Assembly (NCBI GenBank): GCA_937801655.1 | Contig: CALMWC010000003.1 | Location: forward strand, 128,474 to 192,473 | Source of the DNA: an uncultured Gammaproteobacteria bacterium | Lineage (GTDB): Bacteria > Pseudomonadota > Gammaproteobacteria > Steroidobacterales > UBA11654 | DNA length: 64,000 nt | Reading direction: 5' to 3' | In this document: one piece after another, positions 9,845 to 17,928 of the stretch | Layout: each line of letters starts with the position of its first letter | Numbering within the stretch: the first letter of the stretch is position 1 | Made by a program: the position numbers and the translations under genes | The notes under the pieces: model-generated | Told to the model about the DNA's origin: nothing | The model's input: the letters and a program-made list of their open reading frames with translations, nothing else | The model's database searches: none

Positions 9845-11215
9845 CTACAACTGTTTCATACTTTCATACCAAAAATCAAGGGATGAATGAAAAGCACTAA
9901 TTTCAATTCTTTCATTGAGGCCATGAGCTCTGAATCCACTCGGATCAGTCATGATGCTACTTGCTCCATAAACAGGAATACCAATATTTCTTAGTGCTTG
10001 CGCATCCGTTGCTCCTGTTGACATATAAGGGACAATGGCCGCTGTTGGAAATACATTTTTGAGTGAGTTTCCAATTAGATCCATAATTTCCGAAGTTACT
10101 GGTGAAGGTGGACTGCCTTCCGGTACCCATACCATATCAATTTCTATATCACTTCCGACAATTTGCTGAATGATGTCTACTATTTTTTGTGGTTCCTCTT
10201 GAGGGAGTACTCTGCAATTAATCGTTGCACTGGCTGAGACTGGTAAAGCATTATTTGCATGCCCGCCTGACAGACGGGTAGCCACACAAGTTGTTCTTAA
10301 TTGTGCATTAAGATCTGGATTTTCATTGATTAAATCTAGGTACTTAAAGTTTTCACTACTATCAAGTAATTTTCTTAGTTTTTTTGAATCGTCTTTTGGA
10401 AGTTTTGTGATGGCAAACTCTAGATATTGTTGGGTGGTGTCGTTAAAGCTTATTGGAAATTGAAAGTCTTCTAATTTCTTAAGTGCACGAGCTAGATCAT
10501 AGATCGCATTGTCTTTTCTTGGTATTGAGCTATGGCCTCCTTTATTTTGAGTATGGAGAGATACGGTCATATAAACTTTTTCAGCAGATTGAAGGAGAAA
10601 AGCTTCTGGATTGTCCATTGTTCCAGTTACATAGCCACCATCAGAATTCATTGCAAAGGCAGCATTTCTAACTGAGTCAAAATTATCTCTAAAGTATTCA
10701 ATGCCATCCATTTGAGTTTCTTCATCACCAGTAAGCAACATAATGATGTCATTTTTTGGAACAAAATTTTCTTCTTTTAGTCTGATAAAGCTAGTGATTA
10801 AAGCTGCTGCACCACCTTTGTTATCACTCGTTCCTCTTCCGTAAAAGAAACCGTCTTTTTCAGTCATAACGTAAGGATCAGTATCCCAAGAATTTTCAAC
10901 CGATGGGACTACATCAAGATGAGCCATTGTTATGGTTGGACTGGTAGATGATTCACCTCGTAAAATAGCTATGAGCCCTTTATTGTCTTCTCCCGGTCCT
11001 ACCACTTGAAGATTAGACTGACTGAAGCCATATTCTAGTAATTTATTTTCTGAGTACTCACTTGCTTGTGTAGCGAGACCCATGTCTTCTGTCGACTGAA
11101 TAGCAATTAGGTCAGCAAGTATATTTTCACCCATTTTCTGGTAATCATTAGCCGCCATTAAAGGGGTGTTGAGTAGAAATATAAAATGTAGAGCGATTAA
11201 TTGTATTTTTCTCAT
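9845..11215 (-). CDS. Secreted M20-family metallopeptidase
   Basis: Signal peptide. M20 metal/catalytic motifs MAHLDVVP, GRGTSDNKGG, LLTGDEETQ, and a C-terminal HGLNERI. Confidence 0.8.
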   Translation of the reverse strand: MRKIQLIALHFIFLLNTPLMAANDYQKMGENILADLIAIQSTEDMGLATQASEYSENKLLEYGFSQSNLQVVGPGEDNKGLIAILRGESSTSPTITMAHLDVVPSVENSWDTDPYVMTEKDGFFYGRGTSDNKGGAAALITSFIRLKEENFVPKNDIIMLLTGDEETQMDGIEYFRDNFDSVRNAAFAMNSDGGYVTGTMDNPEAFLLQSAEKVYMTVSLHTQNKGGHSSIPRKDNAIYDLARALKKLEDFQFPISFNDTTQQYLEFAITKLPKDDSKKLRKLLDSSENFKYLDLINENPDLNAQLRTTCVATRLSGGHANNALPVSASATINCRVLPQEEPQKIVDIIQQIVGSDIEIDMVWVPEGSPPSPVTSEIMDLIGNSLKNVFPTAAIVPYMSTGATDAQALRNIGIPVYGASSIMTDPSGFRAHGLNERIEISAFHSSLDFWYESMKQL

Positions 11216-11219
11216 GTGT

Positions 11220-12180
11220 TTATTCCTGATTATTTTTTGTTAAATATATTAATGCATCTTTGGCGGTTTCGCTTCCAATTTCTTGTGCCAGTTGATGACC
11301 AGCATTTTCATAAATAATAGTTTTAACAGAAGGTGAGTTAATCAAAAGATCTTTCATCTCTATCGCAAGATCAACTGAAACAACTTTATTTTTCTTACCC
11401 CACATAATCAATACAGGGGATTCAATCGACTGGATAACTTTGTCTATATCTCCCGATATATATTGCTTCATTCTTGCCATCTGCGCATCTCTTTGACCTT
11501 CTTTCAATAACAGTTCGTGCCATCGTGTCACTAATTCTTCAGAAATTCTTGAAGGATCTCCGAAACCACCGGTTAATAAACCTTCAACAAGTGCTCTCGG
11601 TGTAATTTGAGTTAAGAGGTTAAAAATTTTAGGAAGATGAGCTGGTTCATTGCTGCCTCTTACCCTTGGGTTTAATGCTCCTGGGCTCACCAATATGAGT
11701 TTATTAATTTCATTGGGATAATTTGATGCATAGTGAAGACCAATCGTACCTCCAAGGGAGGCACCCGCTATTGAGAAACGATTAATTTCTAGATGTTTCA
11801 TGAGTTCCTTGAATAGGAATAATGTTCTTGGCATTGAGTAGTCGCCACTTGGATCAGAGTAAGATAAACCATGTCCAGGTATATCAAATCTTATGATTCG
11901 ATGACTTGCACTCAGTTCTTTGATCCAAGGATTCCAATCAATTAGATTCGCATAATTAGCATGCAGCAGAATCAGAACTGGGACCATTGCCTTCATCAGT
12001 AAAATGTATTTTCACGCCATCGATGGTAATGAAAGACGAACTCCTAAGTAAGTACTTGGATTCAATCTCTTCAGCAGTCCGATCTTGTGGATAGCGAACT
12101 CCCAACATTAAACTGATTGCAAATGCAATCAAAACAAACAGTCCCGCAGAGAAGAAATATCGTATTGTTGTTTTCATCAT
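11220..12180 (-). pseudogene. Alpha/beta-fold hydrolase interrupted by a 1-nt frameshift (ORFs 11956..12180 and 11220..11996)
   Basis: The upstream ORF encodes a TM anchor plus ITIDGVKIHFTDEGNGP. The downstream ORF continues in another frame with VLILLHANYAN...RFDIPGHGLS...GASLGG (nucleophile elbow)...GH. Together they are collinear with the intact paralog-type hydrolase at 14800..15750. The frames switch within GGTCCCAGTT, about 11978..11985. Confidence 0.7.
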
Positions 12181-12257
12181 AAAGTTCTCATAAATAAGTC
12201 TTGATCACTACAAGCATAAACTTTATCTTAGTTTTAACTATTTAATAAATATAAATT

Positions 12258-13208
12258 ATGAACAAAAAAAATGTAAGCACGATGCAGCCTTTTGAGTCAG
12301 GCGATATTTTTTTGGGATGTACCGACTTAAATAATGCAGTGGATGACCATAAAGGCGATGGCAGGATTCTCCAATACGATGAGAACCTCCAACCTAAAGG
12401 AATTTTATATACAGAGGGAACTGATCATCTGGTGATTGGCCTTACTTTTGATCCTCAAGGAGTATTGTGGGGTTTTGACATGCATAATCATGCAATTGTT
12501 AGGGTTTCCCCCGATGGCAAGCAACTACCAAATCATAATTTTGGTGATCGAGCTTTTTCCAATGCCACTTTTGATTCTCAAGGCAATATTTATCTGGGCG
12601 AAGCCTTAGTTGGTAATACTCCATATCCGGGAAGTTTTATGAGGCGTTTACCAGGATTGGACCTTTTAGGTTATGGCAATATCCATAAATTCAATTCTGA
12701 CTTGGAATTAGTTAAGGTGTTTGATGTTGCTTATTCTCCAGAATTTCATCAGTTTAAAGGCATTACCCATACTGCTATGCATCCGAGTGAAAAATTTATT
12801 ACTTACACCACCGAAATTGGTAAAAAAGTAATGCAGTACGATATTATCAATGACCAACAAATGGAAGATCTTGTGGTGCTTCCATCTTCGGATCTGACCG
12901 ATCAAGTTGTTGCTATTGCTGTTAATTATCTCCAAGATGGTCGATTGCTGCATTCCAGAGGTGAATATATTGAAATTCTTGATGAATCCGGTGAGGTCAC
13001 ACAAACGATTGATTTATCAGAGCATGGTTGGGGGATCGCACAATTGACCGCATCCAATGATGGAGAGCATTTTCTTACTGCAAACATTTTTACAGGCATG
13101 GCAATGAAAGTTAGGCTGGATGATGGTTCTGTTGTGGGCTTCATTGATACTGGGTTGAAGAAGCCAAAAAGAAGTTTAGCAGGGATTGCGGAATACTCTC
13201 ATTCGTGA
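12258..13208 (+). CDS. Conserved hypothetical protein, probable beta-propeller fold (paralog of 60659..61621)
   Basis: Repetitive beta-strand-rich sequence with no signal peptide. Motifs LNNAVDDHKGDGRILQYD, VRVSPDGKQL, FSNATFDSQGNIYLGE and C-terminal SLAGIAEY are shared with the ORF at 60659..61621. Confidence 0.55.
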   Translation: MNKKNVSTMQPFESGDIFLGCTDLNNAVDDHKGDGRILQYDENLQPKGILYTEGTDHLVIGLTFDPQGVLWGFDMHNHAIVRVSPDGKQLPNHNFGDRAFSNATFDSQGNIYLGEALVGNTPYPGSFMRRLPGLDLLGYGNIHKFNSDLELVKVFDVAYSPEFHQFKGITHTAMHPSEKFITYTTEIGKKVMQYDIINDQQMEDLVVLPSSDLTDQVVAIAVNYLQDGRLLHSRGEYIEILDESGEVTQTIDLSEHGWGIAQLTASNDGEHFLTANIFTGMAMKVRLDDGSVVGFIDTGLKKPKRSLAGIAEYSHS

Positions 13209-13719
13209 ACTAAAACACATTGCTTTTGCTCTAGTCTTCTTTTTCATCTCAAATGGGATCTATAGTCATAATGTTTTAGCAGAAAAAAATTCTGATCTCA
13301 AAAGGGTCAATTTACTGGTTTCAGATCTAGAGCAGGCATTAAGAATATATAAAGATACTTTGGGGATGACGGTGTTTGAGATTTCTAAGTCGCCTCTTGA
13401 TTCCTATTCCTATCCTGTTTTTAATTTACCAAAACAGGCACAAATTCGGTTTGCTACTTTAAATATCGGCGAGGATAAAAGGGCATTTGCATTAACTGAA
13501 ATTAAGAATGTAGATCTGCCATCTAATGAAGGTATTCGAATGAGTACAGTGGTTATTTCAGTTTCTGGATTGAATGATAAATACAATAAAATTGGATCAA
13601 TGGGTTTATCTAGAACAGAGATTGATAGGGATATCACACCGGAAGGAAAGAGTTTTAGTGAGTTTTCATTTATTGATTACGATGGCCATTTGATTGTTCT
13701 TTATGAGATAGAAGACTAG
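13186..13719 (+). CDS. Secreted VOC (glyoxalase/bleomycin-resistance fold) family protein
   Basis: Signal peptide, then LKRVNLLVSDLEQALRIYKDTLGM, typical of the first beta-alpha-beta unit of VOC proteins, and a C-terminal DYDGHLIVLYE. Overlaps the preceding gene by 23 nt. Confidence 0.55.
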   Translation: MRNTLIRELKHIAFALVFFFISNGIYSHNVLAEKNSDLKRVNLLVSDLEQALRIYKDTLGMTVFEISKSPLDSYSYPVFNLPKQAQIRFATLNIGEDKRAFALTEIKNVDLPSNEGIRMSTVVISVSGLNDKYNKIGSMGLSRTEIDRDITPEGKSFSEFSFIDYDGHLIVLYEIED

Positions 13720-14324
13720 GCCTTTCTTTGTTTTTTATAAGCATAAATACTAAGAGCATAGAGTAAGGGCGTCATTATGAACCATGGCATCTGACTTTGT
13801 AATCTGATCATTCGGTCGTCGAACTCAAATAATATGGGATTGACCCATGGTCCCATTGGAGCCAAGGGAGCCCAGGACAATTGTTTTGTTTCGGAAAGTT
13901 GATCGTAATAAAGGAACATCTCAACAAAAATATTTTGACCTAAGCACCAGAACAATAAGATAAAAAAGGCTCTCCATTCCCAATTCTCAAAGATGGATAA
14001 GCTTCGACCTGTTAACCTCCAAGTCAGCCAAAGACCACCAATGCATATTGTTCCAGCATCCCCTAATGAATTCAGTAGCCAGTTGATATGTTTAGGTATA
14101 GCAAGATTAAGGGCATCGGATCTTCTTTCATCAACGGGGTCTCCTTCAAACCATCCGTAGGTAAACCATAGCTCCCATCCCAATGAGCATATTAGGAAGC
14201 ATACAATGTAGATTTTGATCATCGAATTAGATAACACATCTTTTCTTTTCAGATAGATCAAGATAATAGGTAAAAGAGCACTAGTATAAACGATAAAGAT
14301 AATTCTTATTTCTTCAAAACTCAT
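13716..14324 (-). CDS. Trp-rich integral membrane protein, unknown function
   Basis: 5-6 hydrophobic segments and an unusually high Trp content. No family recognised. Last gene of a tight 3-gene operon. Confidence 0.55.
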   Translation of the reverse strand: MSFEEIRIIFIVYTSALLPIILIYLKRKDVLSNSMIKIYIVCFLICSLGWELWFTYGWFEGDPVDERRSDALNLAIPKHINWLLNSLGDAGTICIGGLWLTWRLTGRSLSIFENWEWRAFFILLFWCLGQNIFVEMFLYYDQLSETKQLSWAPLAPMGPWVNPILFEFDDRMIRLQSQMPWFIMTPLLYALSIYAYKKQRKA

Positions 14325-14335
14325 CGTTAAAACCT

Positions 14336-14791
14336 TCAGTCATCTTCAATTTCTAAACTGTAATGATAGAATTCAGAATCTTGCTCATAACCAAGTGATT
14401 CATAAAGCGATTGACCAATCAAGTTGTCTTTGGCGGTTGATAGTTCCAATCGTTTAAAACCATTATCCTTAGCGTAGACCTTAGCCCGATCCATCAGCTT
14501 TCTTCCTATACTTAACCCTCTTTGATCTTTATCCACATATAGATCATAGAGAATCAATATAGGAATTCCACTGACTGAACAGAAAGAAGGATACAGCTGA
14601 ACAAAGCCATTGAAGTTATTGGTACTTTTGCAGGAAAGAAAAACAATGGACTCTTGATTTATTATTCTTTGTTTTATAAATTCATAAGCAGACTCATAAT
14701 TATCTTCTTGCTCATAAAATATTCTATAAAGGTTAAATAATCGAGCCAATTCATCCAGATGGGTTTCATTTGCTATAGTAATATCTCGCAT
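14336..14791 (-). CDS. GNAT-family N-acetyltransferase
   Basis: Acetyl-CoA binding motif region YVDKDQRGLSIGRKLMDRA and a C-terminal YESLGY. About 150 aa. Confidence 0.8.
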   Translation of the reverse strand: MRDITIANETHLDELARLFNLYRIFYEQEDNYESAYEFIKQRIINQESIVFLSCKSTNNFNGFVQLYPSFCSVSGIPILILYDLYVDKDQRGLSIGRKLMDRAKVYAKDNGFKRLELSTAKDNLIGQSLYESLGYEQDSEFYHYSLEIEDD

Positions 14792-14799
14792 GCTTAAGT

Positions 14800-15750
14800 T
14801 TAACCACCACCCGATAAATATTGGATTTCTTTGACAACACTTTCACTGACTAATAAAGGAGCTTCTTCTTGTACATAATGACCAACTTTTTCAATGAGTA
14901 TTAGTTTACTGTCTCTTATATTTTGATTGAGAGCGATGGCTTCTTCAAGACTCTTGGTTCGATCTTCTTGACCAAAAACAATCAATGTAGGCACATCAAT
15001 TTCAGGCAATAATTCTTTTTCATTAGCCACATAGAATTTACTCATCATGCTGGTAGTTCCCTCCATGTATCCCTCTGTTTTAGCACCCAACATAATATTA
15101 TCAATAACTTCATCTGTAACAATTGTAGGGTCAATAAAGGAGTTTTTTAAAAACTGAACCCTAAAGTCTCTATCTGAGAATTGTTTAGCTGAAACCCGGG
15201 CAAATGGAAAGATTAGATTAAGGTAGCGTGTAAATTCTGGAACACCCGTTGTAATAATTCCTGGGTTGAATAACACCATCCCCGTTGTTTTTTTATTATT
15301 CAGCGCCACATGAACAGCAATGGCTCCTCCTAAGGAATGCCCACCTATTATGAATTCGTCAAGATCTAGGGCTGCAGCAAATAAACTGATCGTTCTTGCT
15401 TGATTTTTGTTGCTGTAATCGTAATGTTTTGGTTTTTCTGATAGCCCAAATCCAATCAGATCAAGAACTATCACTCGATAATGTCGCTCTAACTCTGGGA
15501 TTACTTTTCTCCAAGTATTGATGGAGTTACCAAAGCCATGAATCAAGATTATGTTTGGATTTTCATTCCCTCCAGAAATTCGATAACGTATTTTTCTCTC
15601 TTCTATTGATATGAATTTATCATTATCTGATGCCAGCTTCTTTATGGGGATCTCTTCATAGGGCAAATAGGCATAAACTATCAATGAGATATAGGCAATA
15701 CCAAATAGTATTAGAAAACTGAACCATATATTTTTGACAATTTTAATCAA
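14800..15750 (-). CDS. Membrane-anchored alpha/beta-fold hydrolase
   Basis: N-terminal TM helix, HGFGNS oxyanion region, GHSLGG nucleophile elbow, C-terminal GHYVQEE catalytic His. Confidence 0.85.
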   Translation of the reverse strand: MIKIVKNIWFSFLILFGIAYISLIVYAYLPYEEIPIKKLASDNDKFISIEERKIRYRISGGNENPNIILIHGFGNSINTWRKVIPELERHYRVIVLDLIGFGLSEKPKHYDYSNKNQARTISLFAAALDLDEFIIGGHSLGGAIAVHVALNNKKTTGMVLFNPGIITTGVPEFTRYLNLIFPFARVSAKQFSDRDFRVQFLKNSFIDPTIVTDEVIDNIMLGAKTEGYMEGTTSMMSKFYVANEKELLPEIDVPTLIVFGQEDRTKSLEEAIALNQNIRDSKLILIEKVGHYVQEEAPLLVSESVVKEIQYLSGGG

Positions 15751-15819
15751 AGGTTTCTCATTTATTCATTTTAGTATCATTAAAAAATCTATTTTTCTTC
15801 TTATCACGAATGGTTAGGT

Positions 15820-15879
15820 GAAGTAGGTAGTTTAAGAGTTGTTCTCCCCTAAGGCAATTATAAAGAAACTACCTACTTC
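15820..15879. repeat. Perfect 14-bp inverted repeat (GAAGTAGGTAGTTT / AAACTACCTACTTC) with a 32-nt spacer
   Basis: Read directly: arms at 15820..15833 and 15866..15879, in the 159-nt gap downstream of the anti-sigma gene. No flanking T-run on either strand. Confidence 0.6.
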
Positions 15880-15909
15880 TCAGAAGCCAGTTAAAAATTC
15901 ACTAAAAAA

Positions 15910-16716
15910 TTATAGAGTAAATGTGCTTGAGGGCCTTATTTCAGGGGCTGTCAGAATTAATTCTTGAGAAGAAACAACCACACCACCAGGCTGTTCAAGT
16001 GTGATAGCAAAGCCTTTTGCATTGAGTATAGGTAATTTAGGATTGATGGGTATGATGATGTCTTGATCAGTAACATTAACATTGAACACTCCACCGTCTA
16101 CTGGTTGTTTATACTTGAGTGGATCTATAATCCAAATTTGATATTGATTTTTTGATGGATCATTAACAGGCATACCAGATATTTTAATAAAACCTTTTTG
16201 ACTTTTATTACTCCAGACAATATCGCCTTTAGTCATAGCAAAATCTGATTTTTTTGAGTACCACGGGTATTCAACTAGGTCGTTGGATGTTGATTGTAGA
16301 AGAACCCTTTCAAGAGGCAAGTATCTGAAATCACTATTATAATTTTTGAATTCAATCATTGAGAAGGATATTCCCATGACAAGCAATGCTGTTATCGCCC
16401 AAGCATAGGTGGGTTGATCAAACAAGGATCTCATAAATGCATTAATCTTTAATCTATAAAGGGAAAGTGAATCAATTCGTTTATGGGAATTTAAAATTTT
16501 ACTTTTGAGTTCACTAGGCATTAAAACATGACTCCTATTATCATCCAGGTGATAGCTCATATGAGCAAGAGATGCTATTTCATCAAATTCATAGTTTTTG
16601 TATTCTGGATATTCCTTGATGAGTCTTTGAAGTTCACTATTTTCTTTATCAGAGATAGCCTCAGTAGACTGCATAACCAGTAGATCCAATAATAATTCTT
16701 TATCCGAACTACACAT
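15910..16716 (-). CDS. Anti-sigma factor (RskA-like, single-pass membrane)
   Basis: 8-nt overlap with the sigma gene (AATAATGTGTAG). Central TM (WAITALLVMGISF). The C-terminal periplasmic domain with YQIWIID...GGVFNV...FAITLEQPGGV matches the RskA anti-sigma-K pattern. Confidence 0.7.
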   Translation of the reverse strand: MCSSDKELLLDLLVMQSTEAISDKENSELQRLIKEYPEYKNYEFDEIASLAHMSYHLDDNRSHVLMPSELKSKILNSHKRIDSLSLYRLKINAFMRSLFDQPTYAWAITALLVMGISFSMIEFKNYNSDFRYLPLERVLLQSTSNDLVEYPWYSKKSDFAMTKGDIVWSNKSQKGFIKISGMPVNDPSKNQYQIWIIDPLKYKQPVDGGVFNVNVTDQDIIIPINPKLPILNAKGFAITLEQPGGVVVSSQELILTAPEIRPSSTFTL

Positions 16717-17341
16717 TATTAATGCTCACAATTGAATGTTGATCTTGATTAAATATCTCTCTCAACTTAATCAAATTTCTTCTAAGTTTAGTTTTCACGG
16801 TACCAAGTGGAATATTCATGAGTTTAGAAATCTCAGAATGACTGTAACCTTGATATATAGACAACGAGAGCAGTTCTTTATCTTCTTCTGCAAATTGATT
16901 GATTGCTTCAGATATAATTTTAACGTCTGTAGATTGATCAAGTATAGATTTTGTTTGAAGGGCATCATCATCAAAGCAATTATCTATTGGTTCCAATTTT
17001 TTATGACGATATATTTTTCTTACATGGTCTATTAGACGCCTTCTTGCGATCATAGAAACAAATGTAATTTCAGAGGCCTTATTGGGATCAAATCTTCCTG
17101 CTGATTTCCAAATAGCGATGAAAACTTCTTGTACAGCGTCTTCAGCTTCAGTTTGATTAGAGAGGTATCGTCTGGCAATTGACCAAATGAGGTTGCCATA
17201 TTGATCCACTAATTTTTCAAAAGCACCCACTTCTTCTTTAGCCAAAGAAAAAAGAATGGAATCCTCTATCTTCTGTGTCTTTATACTTCCAGTCATTGAT
17301 TTACTTAAGTAGTTTGATTGATTTATAGCTAGTGATGCCAA
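16709..17341 (-). CDS. ECF-type RNA polymerase sigma-70 family factor
   Basis: Region 2 (LIWSIARRYL...AEDAVQEVFIAIW) and region 4 HTH (YQGYSHSEISKLMNIPLGTVKTKLRR). The ORF-track start is TTG at 17341; ATG at 17296 (MTGSIK) is an alternative. Confidence 0.85.
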   Translation of the reverse strand: MASLAINQSNYLSKSMTGSIKTQKIEDSILFSLAKEEVGAFEKLVDQYGNLIWSIARRYLSNQTEAEDAVQEVFIAIWKSAGRFDPNKASEITFVSMIARRRLIDHVRKIYRHKKLEPIDNCFDDDALQTKSILDQSTDVKIISEAINQFAEEDKELLSLSIYQGYSHSEISKLMNIPLGTVKTKLRRNLIKLREIFNQDQHSIVSINNV

Positions 17342-17418
17342 TTAATGAATACCTGAATTTACTGTTACTACTAAACTTTCGCTTAGAATGTATAAGTAGA
17401 TTCAAATATTGCCTTAAT

Positions 17419-17811
17419 TCAAGGCGCTATCCAGTCACCCGCAAACATGCAGCCAAACTCCACATCTTCTTGTGCTGATTCACCTTCATAATAGACTTCT
17501 TCCCATCCTCCTCTTTCGCAAGATCCAATGGATGTTTCTCTCGAGCAATCTCCTGCTGCATAAACTGGTTCTAGTATGGTAACCATACCATCTCCTTCTT
17601 CAGCATAGTGATAGCAAGCTTCTTCTGACATATTTGTTCTACAGGCTTTATAAGGATCTCCAGCAAAAGGATTTTCCGCTGTATAAGTACAAGAACCGGT
17701 GCCACTGGGTTTATTGCTTTCACCATCATGATGATTGCTCGCCATAATGCTTGAACCACCAAATATAAGAACAACTAGTAATATAGTTTTAATTTTTAAA
17801 AAATCTTTCAT
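17419..17811 (-). CDS. Small secreted acidic protein with six cysteines, unknown function
   Basis: Signal peptide (ILLVVLIFGGSSIMA). The mature ~105 aa holds 6 Cys (SC, AC, AC, DC, SC, GC) and many Glu/Asp/Gly. GGAGA about 10 nt upstream of the ATG. Lies 77 nt upstream of the ECF sigma gene on the same strand. Confidence 0.6.
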   Translation of the reverse strand: MKDFLKIKTILLVVLIFGGSSIMASNHHDGESNKPSGTGSCTYTAENPFAGDPYKACRTNMSEEACYHYAEEGDGMVTILEPVYAAGDCSRETSIGSCERGGWEEVYYEGESAQEDVEFGCMFAGDWIAP

Positions 17812-17928
17812 TAGATTAATTCTCCATTATCTAAAAATTCATTGTATGTTGTAATTTAGATATGAACAAGAATCTATTATTTATATTCCTCAAATTTATT
17901 TAGAATGTATTTATATATAAAGGAGAAA

